A stretch of DNA of 64,000 nt from Gammaproteobacteria bacterium (GTDB lineage: Bacteria > Pseudomonadota > Gammaproteobacteria > JABABF01), in the NCBI GenBank assembly GCA_965237805.1, contig OZ250153.1, positions 832,001-896,000 on the forward strand, written 5' to 3'. The position numbers were made by a program, and so were the translations under genes. Under the pieces are notes generated by a model. It had not been told where the DNA came from and did not search any database. It saw only the letters and a program-made list of their open reading frames with translations. Below, one piece after another: positions 1 to 15,640 of the stretch (the stretch's first letter is position 1; each line of letters starts with the position of its first letter).

Positions 1-386
1 AGCCGAGACAGTACATCCACGCTTCCAAGCAGATCTCGCACAGTGAGCCCTGCTTCCAAGGGCACTTCCCCGGACTACCGATCTTTCCGGCCGTGCTGAT
101 CACGGAGGCCATCAACCAAGCCGTGACCGTTCTCGGCATGTTCTCGCTGGGGCGCGAGCCACGCGGCATGACAGATGCTGTTTATTTGGTCGGGATGGAT
201 CAATTCCGCTTCCACCGACAGGTCGTGCCGGGCAACCGGCTGGACATCGAGGCGCATATCATCTCTTTCCGCCACGGCTTGTCCAAGGTGCGCACCGAGG
301 CACATGTCGATGGAGCAAAAGTCTGCTCGGGGAACATTTTGGGTATGTTCGAGAACAAGAACACTGTACCGAGCGAGGCACTGTAG
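1..386 (+). CDS. fabZ: 3-hydroxyacyl-ACP dehydratase FabZ (5' end outside window)
   Basis: Frame from nt 3 reads FQGHFPGLPIFPAVLITEAINQ (FabZ motif), then FRFHRQVVPG; directly upstream of lpxA. Confidence 0.9.
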   Translation, partial: PRQYIHASKQISHSEPCFQGHFPGLPIFPAVLITEAINQAVTVLGMFSLGREPRGMTDAVYLVGMDQFRFHRQVVPGNRLDIEAHIISFRHGLSKVRTEAHVDGAKVCSGNILGMFENKNTVPSEAL

Positions 387-392
387 CGCATC

Positions 393-1196
393 ATGACCAC
401 CATCCACCACAGTGCAATCGTCGATGCCAAAGCTGAATTGGAAGACCATGTCAGCGTTGGACCGTTTTGCTATATCGGCCCGGGTGTGCGCATCGGTAGC
501 GGCACGCGCATCGTCTCCCATGTCATGATCGACGGCGATGTCCAGATCGGTCGCGACAACGAGATCCATCCCCAAGTCGTGCTGGGCGGCACGCCGATCG
601 ACTACAAGTACAAGGGCTCGCGCACCAAGTTGGAAATCGGCGATCGCAATCTGTTGCGTGAGCAAGTCACCGTGCATCCGGGTACCGAGTCCGGCGGCGG
701 CATCACGCGCATCGGTAACGACAACCTGCTGAGCGTCGGCAGCCATGTCGGACACGACTGCCAGCTCGGCAACGACATCCGCATGGTCTTCGGCTCGCCA
801 TTGGCTGGCCATGTCATCGTCGATGACGGGGCCGTGATCGGCGTGCACAGCAAGATCGCTCCCTTCATCCGCATCGGCACCTACAGCTACTGCGGTCCGT
901 CCACCGATATCTACCAAGATGTGCCGCCCTATCATCGCGTCACCGCCCCACCGACCCGGGTGTTGGATATCAATGCGGCCGGAGTCGAGCGCGGCGGGCT
1001 CGACAGCGAGGCATCGGCATTGCTTAAACAGGCGCACAACATCATCTACCGAGACGATCATCTGTTCCAAGACGCGCTCGAAGCATTGCAACAGCTAGTG
1101 ACCGAAAACCCACAGCAGCAGTGCTTGGTCACCCTGCAAGAATTCCTCTCCCAAGGTGCCAAGACCGGGCGCGCATTGATGCGACCGCGCCGCTAA
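393..1196 (+). CDS. lpxA: UDP-N-acetylglucosamine O-acyltransferase
   Basis: IHHSAIV start, hexapeptide repeats, HVGHDC and LAGHV motifs; fabZ-lpxA-lpxB synteny. Confidence 0.93.
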   Translation: MTTIHHSAIVDAKAELEDHVSVGPFCYIGPGVRIGSGTRIVSHVMIDGDVQIGRDNEIHPQVVLGGTPIDYKYKGSRTKLEIGDRNLLREQVTVHPGTESGGGITRIGNDNLLSVGSHVGHDCQLGNDIRMVFGSPLAGHVIVDDGAVIGVHSKIAPFIRIGTYSYCGPSTDIYQDVPPYHRVTAPPTRVLDINAAGVERGGLDSEASALLKQAHNIIYRDDHLFQDALEALQQLVTENPQQQCLVTLQEFLSQGAKTGRALMRPRR

Positions 1197-1204
1197 GGCG
1201 AGAA

Positions 1205-2410
1205 ATGACGGTGCCCCCTCCGGCAGTGGCACCACATCGCCCAGCCCAAGGGCGGGGCGGCGGTGATACGACCGAGCGCAGCCCGACCATCATGCTGGTC
1301 GCTGGCGAAGTGTCCGGCGACCAGCGCGGCGCAGAGCTGGCGGACGCGCTACGGCACATCGTCCCGCAGGCAGAGCTCTTCGGCATCGGCGGCGGCGCAA
1401 TGCGCGAAGCCGGTGTGCGGACACTCATCGACATCGAGGAATTGAGTGCAGCTGGCCTGGTCGAGGCGCTGGGCAAACTGCCGCGCCTCGGCCGTACACT
1501 GCGGCGCGCCAAAGCCATGCTGGCACAGCACAGGCCAGCGCTACTGATCTTGGTCGACTACCCCGGCTTCAACCTGAAGCTGGCGGGCGCGGCACGCAGG
1601 CACGGTATCAAAGTGCTGCACTATATCGGGCCGCGGGTGTGGGCATGGCGGCCGTGGCGCACCCGCACGGTCGCCGCCTACGTCGACCAGCTAGCGGTCA
1701 TCTTCCCCTTCGAGGTGGAGTTCTACCGCCGCCACGGTGTGGTCGCGCACTATGTCGGTCAACCTCTACTCAAGCTGATGGACGCCGTGCCGGATACCGT
1801 GCAGGCACGCGAATCGCTCGGCATCGAAACGGGCCGCCGGGTCGTCACGCTGATGCCGGGTAGCCGCGCTTTGGAATACCAGCGGCTGCTGGCACCGATG
1901 TTGCGCAGTGCCACATTGCTGCGGGAACGGCATGAGGACTTGGAATTCTTGTTGGCGCTGGCCCCGTCGATCCCCCGCCAGACGCTGGAGCCGATCTTGG
2001 CACGCCATCCGGTGCCGGTGCGTATCATCGACAACACCACGCATCTGGCCATGAGCTGTGCCGACGCGATGATCATCGCCTCCGGTACCGCCAGCACCGA
2101 GGCAGCGCTATTGGGCAAAGCCATGGTGGTCGTCTACAAAGCGCACTGGCTGACGTCGGCTATCGCTCGGAGATTGATTACCGTGCCCTATGTCAGCATG
2201 TGCAACCTGCTGGCTGGCGAGGCCGTGGTCAAGGAGCTGCTACAAGGGGATGCCTCGCCGCAAAACATCGCCGCCGAGATCACACGGCTATTGGACGAAG
2301 CCCCATACCGCAACACGATGATCACCAAACTCAACGCGATGCGAGCACAGCTGGGCAGCGAAGACGCAGCCGAAAATGTCGCACGGATGGCGCGCGACAT
2401 GATCGGCTGA
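1205..2410 (+). CDS. lpxB: Lipid-A-disaccharide synthase
   Basis: AGEVSGD, VDYPGFN, VWAWRP, IFPFE, MPGSR, SGTA motifs; start placed at ATG 1205. Confidence 0.93.
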   Translation: MTVPPPAVAPHRPAQGRGGGDTTERSPTIMLVAGEVSGDQRGAELADALRHIVPQAELFGIGGGAMREAGVRTLIDIEELSAAGLVEALGKLPRLGRTLRRAKAMLAQHRPALLILVDYPGFNLKLAGAARRHGIKVLHYIGPRVWAWRPWRTRTVAAYVDQLAVIFPFEVEFYRRHGVVAHYVGQPLLKLMDAVPDTVQARESLGIETGRRVVTLMPGSRALEYQRLLAPMLRSATLLRERHEDLEFLLALAPSIPRQTLEPILARHPVPVRIIDNTTHLAMSCADAMIIASGTASTEAALLGKAMVVVYKAHWLTSAIARRLITVPYVSMCNLLAGEAVVKELLQGDASPQNIAAEITRLLDEAPYRNTMITKLNAMRAQLGSEDAAENVARMARDMIG

Positions 2411-2414
2411 GCGC

Positions 2415-3032
2415 ATGGCCGAGATGTCGAAAAGGGCGGCGTGTCGGGGTGTCCCCCAGCGCCCAGACGATGGCACGCTGATCGCAGGTGTCGACGAAGC
2501 TGGCCGTGGTGCCCTCATCGGCCCAGTGGTCGCCGCCGCCGTCATCCTGCTGCCAGCGCGGGGGCTGGCGGGTCTCGCTGACTCCAAGCGCTTGACTCCG
2601 CTACGGCGACAACAGCTGGCCGATCGTATCCGCGAGCGCGCGCTGAGTTGGGGCTTGGGACGAGCCAGCGCGGGTGAAGTAGATCGTCTCAACGTGCTAC
2701 AAGCCAGCCTGTTGGCGATGCGGCGCGCCATCGCGCAGCTACGGTTTGCGCCCGGGCAGATCTGGGTAGACGGCCAGCACTGCCCCGTGCCCGGCACGAC
2801 TTGCCGGGCCATCATCGGCGGCGACGCACTGGTCGCCGAGATCAGCGCGGCCTCAATCTTGGCCAAGGTGGCGCGCGACGCCGACATGCTGGAGCTGCAC
2901 CGGCGCTTCCCCGGCTACGACTTGGAACGGCATAAGGGATACCCGACTACCGCGCACCGCCGTGCTCTGGCCACACTCGGCCCCTGCCCCGAACACCGGC
3001 GCAGTTTCGCCCCGGTGCGCGCTCTGGTTTGA
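2415..3032 (+). CDS. rnhB: Ribonuclease HII
   Basis: [38 protein letters not shown]. Confidence 0.96.
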   Translation: MAEMSKRAACRGVPQRPDDGTLIAGVDEAGRGALIGPVVAAAVILLPARGLAGLADSKRLTPLRRQQLADRIRERALSWGLGRASAGEVDRLNVLQASLLAMRRAIAQLRFAPGQIWVDGQHCPVPGTTCRAIIGGDALVAEISAASILAKVARDADMLELHRRFPGYDLERHKGYPTTAHRRALATLGPCPEHRRSFAPVRALV

Positions 3033-3057
3033 CCTCGGCATGTGGCTGGCCGATAAT
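3029..3057 (+). promoter_or_regulatory. Putative sigma70 promoter for dnaE
   Basis: TTGACC (3029-3034), 17-nt spacer, GATAAT (3052-3057), ~35 nt before the dnaE ATG. Confidence 0.5.
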
Positions 3058-3091
3058 CTGACACTGGTACAGTGCGCGATATCGCGACGGC

Positions 3092-6000
3092 ATGTCGGTT
3101 CAGTTTGTTCACCTTCGCGTCCATTCCGAATACTCGCTGAGCGATGGCCTGCTGCGCCCCGAGGCGCTGCCGGGGCAAGCGGCGGCGCTCGGCATGCCAG
3201 CGGTCGCGCTGAGCGACCTCGGCAACCTCTTCGCCATGGCCCGCTTCCACCGTGCGGCGGTCGCGTGCGGCGTCAAGCCGATCATCGGCATCGATTTCTG
3301 GGTGTGCCCACCGCGCCAAGAGCGGCTGAGCCGTTGCACACTGCTGGCACGCAACGAGCTCGGCTACCGCCAGCTGGTCTCTCTGTGTAGCCGCGCTTGG
3401 CTCGAGGGAACGCGGGGTGCGGCGGGCGAAGCGCGCAACGGCGCGCTGCGCTGGGAGTGGCTAGAGGATAGCTGCAATGGCCTCATCGCCCTGTGTGGTG
3501 GCATGCGCGGTGAGATCGGACGCGCCCTGATCGAAGGGCACCAAGCGCAGGCGCGCGGCGCGCTGGATCGTTGGCAGCAACGCTTCCCAGGCAATTTCTA
3601 TCTCGAGCTCTGCCGCACCGGGCGGGCTGGAGAAGATGCACATGTGGCACTCAACTCGACCTTGGCAGTGCAGGCTGGATGCCCACTGGTGGCGAGCAAC
3701 GAGGTGCGCTTCCTGAAGCGTGAGGACTATGGTGCCCACGAGACACGGGTGTGCATCGCCGAGAGCACCACCCTCAACGACCCCGACCGCCTGTCGCGGC
3801 ACAGTGAATCACAGTATCTGCGCTCGCCCCAAGAAATGGCCGAGTTATTCGCCGATGTGCCGGAGGCGCTGGCAAACAGCGTCGAAATCGCCCGGCGCTG
3901 CAATGTATGGTTGCCCACTGGCCCCCATCTGCCCAGCTATCCACGGCTGGTGCCAACACAGCAATCCGGGCAGCTGCTCGCCAAGATGGCCCACCGCGGC
4001 CTGCGCTTGCGACTCGGCCACGCTCCCAACGAAGCACAGCAGCAGCGTCTGAGTGAAGAGCTGGGGATCATTGAGCAGCTCGGCTACGCTGATTATTTCT
4101 TGATCGTCATGGACTTCACCCGCTGGGCTCGCAAGCAGGGCATCCCGGTCGGGCCCGGGCGTGGCTCCGGAGCCAGCTCGCTGGTCGCCTACGGACTGAG
4201 AATCACCGATATCGACCCGTTGCCGCACCAGCTGCTATTCGAGCGCTTTCTCAACACCGAGCGCGTCTCGCTGCCCGATTTCGATATCGACTTCTGCCAA
4301 GAGCGCCGCGATGAGGTCATCCAATATGTGCGCGATCGCTACGGCGAGAACGCTGCCGTACATGTCATCACCTTCAACCGCATGGCAGCACGGGCGGTGG
4401 TGCGCGATGTGGCACGCGCCCAGGGCAAGCCCTACGGCATCGGCGACCGACTGGCGCGCCTGATCCCACCAGCACCGAATATGACGCTGGCAGTGGCCCT
4501 CGGCGGCCAACAGGCCATCACCGCCAGCAAGTCCGGCAGAGCGCCGCCTGTGAACCAAGAGCTGAACCAACTGCTGGAACAGGATGCAGAGCTGCGCGCA
4601 GTGTGGGACACCGCCCTCGTCCTCGAAGGGCTGACGCGCAATATCAGCCGCCATGCTGGCGGTGTGGTGATCGCCGATGCCAATCAGATGAGCGCCATGC
4701 CGCTGTGCCGCGAGCAACGAGACCAAGCGGTGATGACCCAGCTAGACAAGGATGATTTAGAACAGCTGGGCTTTCTCAAATTCGATTTCTTGAGCCTGCG
4801 CACACTGACCGTGCTGGAATATGCGACACAGGCAATCAACGCCGAGCGCACAGCACGGAACGAGCCGCCGTTGGGCGAGCCACCGCTCGATGACCCAGCC
4901 GTCTACCAACTGTTGGGACAGGGCGAGACCACGGCGGTCTTCCAACTCGAGTCGCGCGGCATGCGGCAGCTGATCCGCAAGCTGCGGCCGCGGGAATTCA
5001 ACGATTTGGTGGTGCTGCTAGCGCTCTACCGACCGGGGCCGCTGGGGGTGGGGATGCACGAGACCTATGTGGAGCGGCGTAATGGCTCAGTCAGCTTCGA
5101 TTATAGGCCGCCCGAATTGCGCGAGATCCTCGAGGAGACCCAAGGGGTCATCACCTATCAGGAGCAAGTCATGCGCATCGCGCGCCAGCTGGCCGGTTAT
5201 AGCCTCGGTGAAGCCGACTTGTTGCGCCGAGCGATCGGCAAGAAAAAGAGCGAGGAGCTAGCAGCTCAGCGGGGAAAATTCACGCAGGGGGCAGTGGCAC
5301 GCGGGCACGACCCGAAGATCATCACTCAGCTCTTCGACCAAATCGAGCAGTTTGGCGGCTACGGCTTCAACAAGTCGCACTCGGTCGCCTATGCGCTGCT
5401 GGCCTATCACACCGCGTGGTACAAGACCAAGCATCCGGTACACTTTATGGCGGCAGAAATGTCGGTCGACATGGAGAACCACGAACGCCTGCACCTGCTG
5501 TCCATGGAATGCCGCCGCCTCGGCATCCGTCTGCTACCACCCGATGTCAACCACAGTGCGGCGCGCTTCCACGCCACCAGTTCAGGCGGCATCCGTTTCG
5601 GCCTCGGCGCGATCAAGAATTTCGGTCGCGGCGCGGCGGCGCAGCTGATCGCCACCAGGCAAAGCACTGGACCGTTCACGGATCTATTCGATTTCTGCCA
5701 GCGCATCGACTTGACGATGTTCAGCGCACAGAGCCTTGAGGCCTTGATTGATGCCGGTGCCTGCGATGTGCTCGGCGACGGCGAGCGCCCGATGTTGCGC
5801 GCCGCATTGCAGCATGCCATCGGCAGTGCTGAGCGGCACCAGCGCAACGCTGCGGTGGGCATGACCGACCTGTTCGGCGGCGGCGCGGTACCCGGCGACG
5901 GCGAGCCACCGGATGTCTACCGCGACTTCCGCACCGCCACCACCGACCCAGCGCATACGCTGGCAGCGGAAGCCAACGCGTTGGGGCAGCACCTCAGCGC

Positions 6001-6622
6001 CAATCCGGTCACGCTCTACCGACAGGAATTGAGCCAGCTGAGACCGCAGCCACTCGACTCCTTGGAGCGCAACCACCCCGCTTGGATCGTCGGCACCGTC
6101 GTCGATGTGCGCCTGCAGGGTTGGCGCAAGCGCGCTTTCCTCCAATTGGACGATGGCCGCGCCAGCGTCGAGCTCATCATCGACTCGGAGCTGTACCACC
6201 AACACCGACAGGACTTGCTTGAAAAACACCAAGTGTTACTGGTACGCGGCAACTTGGCGGCGGGTGGTAGCGTGCGTGCCGAGGCATTGCTCAGCATCGA
6301 ACAATGGCGCGCCCAGCGTGTTCATGCCCTGCGCCTACAGTTGTGCGCAGCGGACTGCGCCGACAGCTCGCTGGATCAATTGGAGCAGCTGTTGCGCAAC
6401 GGCGGTGCCAAAGGATCCTGTGCGTTGCTGATCAACTACAGCGATGCCGACCACGCTGTCGACTTGCGCATGAGCGAGGACTGGCAGCTCGACCTCAGCG
6501 ATGCGCTGTTGTTCGGCCTGCGCCAGCACTTGGGCGCGGAGCGCGTGGAAATGCTATTCAGCACACCGGTCTATACTAAGAGCATCCTAAATTCGGCAAT
6601 ATCGCCCGAACACGCACCGTGA
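3092..6622 (+). CDS. dnaE: DNA polymerase III alpha subunit
   Basis: [14 protein letters not shown] domain, GPGRGSG, PDFDIDF, KFDFL, YGFNKSH. Confidence 0.97.
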   Translation: MSVQFVHLRVHSEYSLSDGLLRPEALPGQAAALGMPAVALSDLGNLFAMARFHRAAVACGVKPIIGIDFWVCPPRQERLSRCTLLARNELGYRQLVSLCSRAWLEGTRGAAGEARNGALRWEWLEDSCNGLIALCGGMRGEIGRALIEGHQAQARGALDRWQQRFPGNFYLELCRTGRAGEDAHVALNSTLAVQAGCPLVASNEVRFLKREDYGAHETRVCIAESTTLNDPDRLSRHSESQYLRSPQEMAELFADVPEALANSVEIARRCNVWLPTGPHLPSYPRLVPTQQSGQLLAKMAHRGLRLRLGHAPNEAQQQRLSEELGIIEQLGYADYFLIVMDFTRWARKQGIPVGPGRGSGASSLVAYGLRITDIDPLPHQLLFERFLNTERVSLPDFDIDFCQERRDEVIQYVRDRYGENAAVHVITFNRMAARAVVRDVARAQGKPYGIGDRLARLIPPAPNMTLAVALGGQQAITASKSGRAPPVNQELNQLLEQDAELRAVWDTALVLEGLTRNISRHAGGVVIADANQMSAMPLCREQRDQAVMTQLDKDDLEQLGFLKFDFLSLRTLTVLEYATQAINAERTARNEPPLGEPPLDDPAVYQLLGQGETTAVFQLESRGMRQLIRKLRPREFNDLVVLLALYRPGPLGVGMHETYVERRNGSVSFDYRPPELREILEETQGVITYQEQVMRIARQLAGYSLGEADLLRRAIGKKKSEELAAQRGKFTQGAVARGHDPKIITQLFDQIEQFGGYGFNKSHSVAYALLAYHTAWYKTKHPVHFMAAEMSVDMENHERLHLLSMECRRLGIRLLPPDVNHSAARFHATSSGGIRFGLGAIKNFGRGAAAQLIATRQSTGPFTDLFDFCQRIDLTMFSAQSLEALIDAGACDVLGDGERPMLRAALQHAIGSAERHQRNAAVGMTDLFGGGAVPGDGEPPDVYRDFRTATTDPAHTLAAEANALGQHLSANPVTLYRQELSQLRPQPLDSLERNHPAWIVGTVVDVRLQGWRKRAFLQLDDGRASVELIIDSELYHQHRQDLLEKHQVLLVRGNLAAGGSVRAEALLSIEQWRAQRVHALRLQLCAADCADSSLDQLEQLLRNGGAKGSCALLINYSDADHAVDLRMSEDWQLDLSDALLFGLRQHLGAERVEMLFSTPVYTKSILNSAISPEHAP

Positions 6623-7566
6623 TCTCAGACCCACTGGACTTCGAAGAGCCCATTGCGGCGCTCGAAAAACGCATCCATCAGCTGGAGCATATCAACACTG
6701 CTGATAATTTGGACATCTCCCAAGAGATCACCTATCTTCGCGACAAAAGTCGTAAATTGACAGCAAAAATATACAACAGCCTCAGCGCTTGGGACATCGT
6801 GCGCATCGCCCGGCACATGCAGCGACCGTACAGCATGGACTACATCCAGCGTATCTTCACCGATTTTGACGAATTGCACGGCGACCGTCGCTTCGGTGAT
6901 GACAGCGCGATCATCACTGGCATCTGCCGTATTGAGGGCATCCCGATCGCTATCATCGGCCAAGAAAAAGGACGCTCGACCAAAGACCGGGTGCACCGCA
7001 ATTTCGGCATGGTGCGGCCCGAGGGCTACCGCAAGGCACACCGGGTGATGCGGCTCGCCGAGCGCTTCAAATTGCCCGTGGTGACCTTGATCGACACACC
7101 GGGTGCGCACCCAGGCATCGATTCCGAGGAACGCGGCATCAGCGAGGCCATCGCCACCAATTTGGCCACCATGTCCACCCTCACCACACCGATCATCTGT
7201 ACCGTCATCGGCGAGGGGAGTTCCGGCGGCGCACTCGGCATCGGCGTCGGCGACCACCTGTGCATGATGCAGTTCTCGACCTATTTCGTGATCTCTCCTG
7301 AAGGATGTGCCAACATCATCTGGAAAAGTTCGGACAAAGCTCCGGAAGCAGCCGAGGCGATGGGCATCACCTCGAGCGCCCTGCTGGAACTGGGATTGGT
7401 AGACACCGTGATCGAAGAGCCGCTGGGCGGTGCCCACCGCGATCCGGAGCAAGCGGCGGCGCGTATCAAAACACACCTACTCGAACAGCTGAAAATCTTC
7501 GTCGAGATGCCGACCGAAAAACTACTGGAAAGACGCTATGAGCGACTACTCGGCACAACAGGCTGA
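6619..7566 (+). CDS. accA: Acetyl-CoA carboxylase carboxyltransferase alpha
   Basis: LDFEEPI, ELHGDR, NFGM..PEGYRKA, IDTPGA, ISPEGCA. Confidence 0.97.
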   Translation: MISDPLDFEEPIAALEKRIHQLEHINTADNLDISQEITYLRDKSRKLTAKIYNSLSAWDIVRIARHMQRPYSMDYIQRIFTDFDELHGDRRFGDDSAIITGICRIEGIPIAIIGQEKGRSTKDRVHRNFGMVRPEGYRKAHRVMRLAERFKLPVVTLIDTPGAHPGIDSEERGISEAIATNLATMSTLTTPIICTVIGEGSSGGALGIGVGDHLCMMQFSTYFVISPEGCANIIWKSSDKAPEAAEAMGITSSALLELGLVDTVIEEPLGGAHRDPEQAAARIKTHLLEQLKIFVEMPTEKLLERRYERLLGTTG

Positions 7567-8917
7567 GCGCGGCACTGGTGACTCGTCGGCGCTGCTGGCC
7601 GATGTGGCCAGCGCCTTGGTGCCCTACTTGGACAGCCCCCGCTGGCTGGTGGGCTACAGCGGCGGCATCGACTCGGGCGTGCTGTTGCAGCTGTGTGTGG
7701 ACTACTGCGCGAGCCACAGCGACGCGCCGCCGCTGGTAGCGATACATGTCAACCACCGGCTCAGCGCAGATGCCGACCGCTGGCAACGGCACTGCGAGCG
7801 CCAGTGCGCGGCGCTTGGCATCCCGTTGCTGACGGCAACCGTCCAGCAGACCACGCCGCGAGGCGGCCCGGAAGCGACCGCCCGCCGCGCCCGCTACGCC
7901 GCCTATCTGAACCACCTCAACCCGGGCGACACCCTGTTATTGGCGCACCACCAAGACGACCAACTAGAAACCCTGATGCTGCAGCTGTGCCGCGGCTGCG
8001 ATGCCGACGGCCTCAATGGCATCCCATCTCAGCGGCCGCTGGGAACCGCGCAGCTATTGCGCCCCCTGCTCGACACCAGCCGCGTAGCGATCCAAGCTTG
8101 GGCCGAACACCGTGGTCTGTGCTGGGTCGAGGACGAAAGTAACCGCGACGAGAAGCTTGATCGCAACTACCTGCGCCACCGCGTGCTGCCACTGCTACGA
8201 GAACGCTGGCCCGCCCTCGCCCACACCGCCTCCCGCAGCGCCGTGCTGCGCGCTGAGGAACGGCAGCTGCGCGAGGAGCTCGCCACCCGCGATCTGGCAG
8301 CGGTGTGTTGCGGCGAGGGCTTGGCGATCGCCGCGTTGCGCACGCTGACACCAGCACGGCGGCACAACCTGCTACGCCATTGGCTGAAGCTGCGCGGTGC
8401 CCCCCCGCTGCGCCACAGTAGCCGCGCACAAATCGAACGTGCTTTCCTCAGCAGCCGCGACGATGCGATGCCGTTGCTGGCGTGGAATGGCTACCAGCTG
8501 CGCCGCTACCGCAACGTGCTCTACGCGATCCCCGTGCTACCGACACCACCGCATGCACGCCACTCATGGCAACCGCTACAGCCATTGCGCCTGAGCGGCA
8601 TGGGGCAGCTGTCCGCCCGGCGCGTCCAGGGCGATGGCCTGCGGCTACAGACGCAGCTCGAGGTGCGTTTCCGCCGCGGTGGCGAGCGCTGCCACCCCCC
8701 GGGATCGACCCATTCACGACCGCTGAAGAAATTGTTGCAGGAGCGCGGCATGCCGCCATGGTTGCGCGAGCGCGTGCCACTCATCTACCTCAACGGACAA
8801 CTAGCGGCGGTGGGCGATCTATGGGTTTGCCAGCATTTTTCCGCCGATGCAGGGGAGGCTGGGCTCAGCCTGTCGTGGCAACCGCCGACCATGGTTGGCT
8901 GGCCAGCCCCGCTTTGA
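7538..8917 (+). CDS. tilS: tRNA(Ile)-lysidine synthetase
   Basis: SGGIDS PP-loop, [34 protein letters not shown]; start uncertain. Confidence 0.94.
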   Translation: MSDYSAQQAERGTGDSSALLADVASALVPYLDSPRWLVGYSGGIDSGVLLQLCVDYCASHSDAPPLVAIHVNHRLSADADRWQRHCERQCAALGIPLLTATVQQTTPRGGPEATARRARYAAYLNHLNPGDTLLLAHHQDDQLETLMLQLCRGCDADGLNGIPSQRPLGTAQLLRPLLDTSRVAIQAWAEHRGLCWVEDESNRDEKLDRNYLRHRVLPLLRERWPALAHTASRSAVLRAEERQLREELATRDLAAVCCGEGLAIAALRTLTPARRHNLLRHWLKLRGAPPLRHSSRAQIERAFLSSRDDAMPLLAWNGYQLRRYRNVLYAIPVLPTPPHARHSWQPLQPLRLSGMGQLSARRVQGDGLRLQTQLEVRFRRGGERCHPPGSTHSRPLKKLLQERGMPPWLRERVPLIYLNGQLAAVGDLWVCQHFSADAGEAGLSLSWQPPTMVGWPAPL

Positions 8918-8951
8918 GTATGTCGTGGCAACGGACGTGGAACGGCGCTGA

Positions 8952-11464
<2,513 letters not shown>

Positions 11465-11474
11465 CCGCGTCGGC

Positions 11475-12764
11475 ATGAGTACTATCGCCAAGCTCCAAGC
11501 GATGGAATTGCTCGACTCGCGCGGCCACCCCACCGTCGGCGTCAGCTTGGAGCTGAGCTCTGGGCACCGAGCTGAAGCCAGCGTGCCGTCGGGGGCCTCC
11601 ACCGGCTCTGCGGAAGCCTGCGAGCTGCGCGACGGTGACACCGGGCGCTACGGCGGGCGCGGTGTGCTGGGTGCCGTCGCCGCAGTCAACGGGGAGCTGA
11701 ATGCGGCGTTGCGCGGCCGGGTGGCCGAGCAGCGGGAGGTGGATCACGCCATGATCGCGCTGGACGGCACCGAGCGGCGCTCGCGCCTCGGTGCCAACGC
11801 CCTGCTTGGGGTATCGATGGCGCTGGCACGAGCCGTGGCCGCCGAACGCGGCGTGCCGCTGTACCGGCATCTGTGCGAGCTCTACGGGGGCGATCCGGAG
11901 CAGCTCAGCTTGCCGTTGCCAATGATGAATATCCTCAACGGCGGGGCCCACGCCAACAACAACATCGACCTGCAGGAATTCATGGTGCAACCCGTGGGTG
12001 CCCCAAACTTTGCCGAGGCGCTACGCTGGGGGACGGAGATTTTCCACACCCTGCGCGGATTGCTACGCGAAGAGGGTCACCCCACCGCCGTCGGCGACGA
12101 GGGCGGCTTCGCGCCCAACCTGAGCGGTAGCGCGGCAGCTCTGGAGTTGCTCTGCCGGGCGGTGGAAAGCGCGGGCTTGCGCTTGGGCCGCGATGCCGAT
12201 GTGGCATTGGCGCTGGACTGCGCCGCCACCGAGCTGTGCCGGGACTCGCGCTACCAACTGCTGGGGGAAGCGGGTCAGCCGCAGCTGGACACAACGGAAT
12301 TCATCGACTATTTGCGGCAGCTGTGTGAGCGCTACCCGGTGGCCTCAATAGAGGACGCGCTACACGAAGACGACTGGGCGGGTTGGGTGGAGCTGACCGT
12401 TGCACTGGGCACAGGCACGCAGCTGGTCGGCGATGACCTCTTCGTCACCGATGCCCGCCGACTGCGCCGTGGCGCGGAGCTGGGTGCTGCCAATGCCATC
12501 TTGATCAAACCCAACCAGATCGGTACTGTCAGCGAGACACTGGACACGCTGAGCACAGCGCGCAAGATCGGCTACGCCACCGTGATCTCGCACCGCTCCG
12601 GGGAAACCGAAGACTGTTTCATCGCCGACTTGGCAGTGGCGACTGCTGCTGGTCAGATCAAGACCGGCGCACCGTGCCGCTCCGATAGAGTGGCTAAATA
12701 TAACCGCCTGTTGCGCATAGAATCACAATCTGAAGGGGCGATCCCGCTGGCTCGTGGGGCATGA
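11475..12764 (+). CDS. eno: Enolase
   Basis: [47 protein letters not shown]. Confidence 0.98.
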   Translation: MSTIAKLQAMELLDSRGHPTVGVSLELSSGHRAEASVPSGASTGSAEACELRDGDTGRYGGRGVLGAVAAVNGELNAALRGRVAEQREVDHAMIALDGTERRSRLGANALLGVSMALARAVAAERGVPLYRHLCELYGGDPEQLSLPLPMMNILNGGAHANNNIDLQEFMVQPVGAPNFAEALRWGTEIFHTLRGLLREEGHPTAVGDEGGFAPNLSGSAAALELLCRAVESAGLRLGRDADVALALDCAATELCRDSRYQLLGEAGQPQLDTTEFIDYLRQLCERYPVASIEDALHEDDWAGWVELTVALGTGTQLVGDDLFVTDARRLRRGAELGAANAILIKPNQIGTVSETLDTLSTARKIGYATVISHRSGETEDCFIADLAVATAAGQIKTGAPCRSDRVAKYNRLLRIESQSEGAIPLARGA

Positions 12765-12832
12765 CGGCGGCTAAAAGTCTGCCAGCTTCCGGCATATAAT
12801 GATGTCTACTGCTCGCGACGAAGCATCGATCC

Positions 12833-13303
12833 ATGGCCGCACAAGCCGATCCGGAAAGCGCTGACGAGAACGGTCGCTATTCTGATTGGTTGCTGGTAGA
12901 TCAAGCATTGATCAACCAATATGCCGATGCCTCCGGCGATCACAACTTCCTCCATGTCAATCCCGAAGAGGCCGCCACCACCATCTTCGGCGGCACCATC
13001 GCCCACGGGCTGCTGATCCTGTCATTGGTGCCGCGCTTGGCGCAACAAGTGATGGGGGCAGACACCTTGCCGGACAAGGCTGGTGTCAGCGATGTGGTGG
13101 TCAACTACGGCTTCGACAAGGTGCGCTTCATCACTCCGGTGCGCGCTGGCAGTGAGATCCGCGCCTTTCTGGGGGAGAGCACCGAAGAGCCGAGGGTGCC
13201 GGGGCAGACCGTGCTCCGATCATTGATCCGTATCGAGCTGCGCGATGGCGACAAGCCGGCGATGGTGGCAGAAATGCTGGCCCTGCGCTTCGACCCAATC
13301 TAA
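12833..13303 (+). CDS. MaoC-family (R)-enoyl-CoA hydratase/dehydratase
   Basis: [33 protein letters not shown] hot-dog motifs. Confidence 0.88.
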   Translation: MAAQADPESADENGRYSDWLLVDQALINQYADASGDHNFLHVNPEEAATTIFGGTIAHGLLILSLVPRLAQQVMGADTLPDKAGVSDVVVNYGFDKVRFITPVRAGSEIRAFLGESTEEPRVPGQTVLRSLIRIELRDGDKPAMVAEMLALRFDPI

Positions 13304-13322
13304 ACACACTGGAGCTGGAACC

Positions 13323-14534
13323 GTGCCCAAAAAATCAAAGCTCAGGGCGCGCGAAGCAGTCATCGTCGCCGCCGCACGCACGCCGATCGGCAAAGCCTAC
13401 CGCGGCAGCTTGAACAATACCTCCGGAGCCACCCTCGGTGCCACCGCCGTGCGCGAGGCACTGCGCCGAGCCGGGATGGAAAATGAGCCCGACAAGGTGG
13501 GTGATGTCGTCATGGGCACGGCACTGCCACAGGGCACCACCGGCTCGAACATCGGCCGCCAAGTCGCGTTGCGCGCTGGCCTGCCAGCCACGGTGCCGGG
13601 TATGACGGTGGACCGTCAATGCTCCTCAGGCCTGATGGCGATCACCATCGCTGCGCACCAAATCCTCTGTGAGGGGCTCGAAGTGGCAGTCGGCGGTGGT
13701 CTCGACTCCATCAGCTTGGTGCAAAACGAAAATCTGAATCAAAGTCGTCGTGTCGACGACGAGCTGCTCGCCATGCAGCCGCACATCTATATGCCGATGC
13801 TCGACACCGCTGAGGTGGTGGCCGAGCGCTACGGCATCGATCGCGATCGGCAAGACGAGTACGGCGTCCTATCGCAGGAACGGGCCTCGGTAGCCGCCAT
13901 CAAGGGACGCTTCGACGAGGAACTGGTGCCGCCGATGCAGCTGCGTTGCTTGGTCACTGACCGCGAGACCGGTGAAGTCTCGGAACAGGCGCGCATCCTC
14001 GCACGCGATGAAGGAATACGCCAAGATACCACCACCGCGGGCTTGGCCAATCTGAAACCGGTGCGCGAAGGCGGCACGATCACCGCTGGCAACGCCTCCC
14101 AGCTGTCCGACGGCTCAGCCGCCTGTGTGCTGATGGAACGCGCCGAGGCAGAGCGACGAGGGTTGGATGTGCTGGGCTGCTACCGCGGCGTGGCCGTCGC
14201 TGGTTGCGCGCCGGACGAGATGGGCATCGGCCCGGTATTCGCCATCCCGCGCTTGCTGGAGCGACACGGCCTCGACATCGGCGACATCGGCCTGTGGGAG
14301 TTGAACGAAGCTTTCGCCGTGCAGGTCATCTACTGCCGCGACACACTCGGCCTGCCGGATGACAAGCTCAATGTAGATGGTGGTGCAATCGCCTTGGGTC
14401 ATCCCTATGGCATGTCCGGCGTGCGCCTGACCATGCACGCCCTGTTTGAGGGACGCCGCCGCGGCGAGCGCTATGTGGTCGTCACCATGTGCATCGGTGG
14501 CGGGATGGGCGCGGCGGCATTGTTTGAGCTCTAA
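13323..14534 (+). CDS. Acetyl-CoA C-acyltransferase (thiolase)
   Basis: [14 protein letters not shown] (catalytic Cys), [24 protein letters not shown]; start placed at GTG 13323. Confidence 0.93.
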   Translation: MPKKSKLRAREAVIVAAARTPIGKAYRGSLNNTSGATLGATAVREALRRAGMENEPDKVGDVVMGTALPQGTTGSNIGRQVALRAGLPATVPGMTVDRQCSSGLMAITIAAHQILCEGLEVAVGGGLDSISLVQNENLNQSRRVDDELLAMQPHIYMPMLDTAEVVAERYGIDRDRQDEYGVLSQERASVAAIKGRFDEELVPPMQLRCLVTDRETGEVSEQARILARDEGIRQDTTTAGLANLKPVREGGTITAGNASQLSDGSAACVLMERAEAERRGLDVLGCYRGVAVAGCAPDEMGIGPVFAIPRLLERHGLDIGDIGLWELNEAFAVQVIYCRDTLGLPDDKLNVDGGAIALGHPYGMSGVRLTMHALFEGRRRGERYVVVTMCIGGGMGAAALFEL

Positions 14535-14564
14535 GACGCAGCTGGCAAGCCGAGTCGGGTCGCC

Positions 14565-14909
14565 GTGGGCAACTATCGCAAGCTAATCCGCAGAGCGACA
14601 TTGGCTGGGCTATTGCTATTGCTCGCAGCGCTCTGCCACCAGTTGGTGGTGGGGGCAGGCGGCCTGCTGGAGAACCACAAACTGAATCGAGAATTCGCCG
14701 AACAGCAGCTGCGCAACAAGGCTCTGCGCCAACGCAACGAAGCGGCTCGAGACTGGCTGGAACAATCCCAGCAGCCGGAGGCCATTGAGGCGCACGCACG
14801 CAGCGAATTGGGGATGGTGCGGCGCGGCGAAATGCTGTTCTGGGTGGTTGATGACACGGCAAAATCGGCACAGGAGAATACGGTACGCGAAGATGGTGTC
14901 GAGCAGTAA
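14565..14909 (+). CDS. ftsB: Cell division protein FtsB
   Basis: One TM segment, coiled coil, AIEAHARSELGMVRRGE; directly before ispD. Confidence 0.85.
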   Translation: MGNYRKLIRRATLAGLLLLLAALCHQLVVGAGGLLENHKLNREFAEQQLRNKALRQRNEAARDWLEQSQQPEAIEAHARSELGMVRRGEMLFWVVDDTAKSAQENTVREDGVEQ

Positions 14910-15636
14910 GCACCCGGCGGGGGGGCGACGGTCGACGCGCCTGTGGGGCATTGTGCCAGCGGCGGGGCACGGGCAACGCTTCGGCAGCAGCAGGCAAGCC
15001 CCCAAGCAATACCAAGCCTTGGCACACAGTACTGTGATCGAATGCGCACTGGCCCCCCTGCTCGCCCTGCCGGAACTGACAGCCTTGGTGGTCGCGCTCG
15101 CCGACGACGACCGCCACTGGAAGGAACTGGCAGTGGCGCGGCACCCATCGGTGCGCACGGCGGTGGGCGGGGCGAGCCGAGCCGCTTCGGTCGCCAACGC
15201 GCTGGATGCACTGGCCGATGCCGCCCCCGCCGCCCGAGATTGGGTGATCGTGCACGATGCCGTGCGCCCCTGCCTGAGCGCAGAGAGACTGCGCTCCTTG
15301 CTGGTGACGCTGGTGGATCATCCGGTCGGTGGCCTGCTGGCAGTGCCCGTGCGGGACAGTCTCAAGCGGGTGGATGGCAACGGCAGCGCGGTCGAGACGG
15401 TGCCGCACACCCAGCTGTGGCGAGCCCAGACCCCGCAGCTATTCCGCTACGCTGTGTTGCGCGAGGCCTTGGCACACAGGCTGGCGCACGGCGCCTGCGA
15501 CGACGACGAGGCGGCGGCAGTTATCGCCAGCGGCCACCGGCCACAGGTGATACTAGGCACCGCCTGTAATCTCAAGCTGACCGACCCGGAAGATCTGCCC
15601 TTGGCGCAAGCTTTGCTCAGCGCCACCAGCACCTAA
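14893..15636 (+). CDS. ispD: 2-C-methyl-D-erythritol 4-phosphate cytidylyltransferase
   Basis: PAAGHGQRF, PKQY, VHDAVRP, AQTPQLF, NLKLT; start placed at ATG 14893. Confidence 0.95.
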   Translation: MVSSSKHPAGGRRSTRLWGIVPAAGHGQRFGSSRQAPKQYQALAHSTVIECALAPLLALPELTALVVALADDDRHWKELAVARHPSVRTAVGGASRAASVANALDALADAAPAARDWVIVHDAVRPCLSAERLRSLLVTLVDHPVGGLLAVPVRDSLKRVDGNGSAVETVPHTQLWRAQTPQLFRYAVLREALAHRLAHGACDDDEAAAVIASGHRPQVILGTACNLKLTDPEDLPLAQALLSATST

Positions 15637-15640
15637 GTCG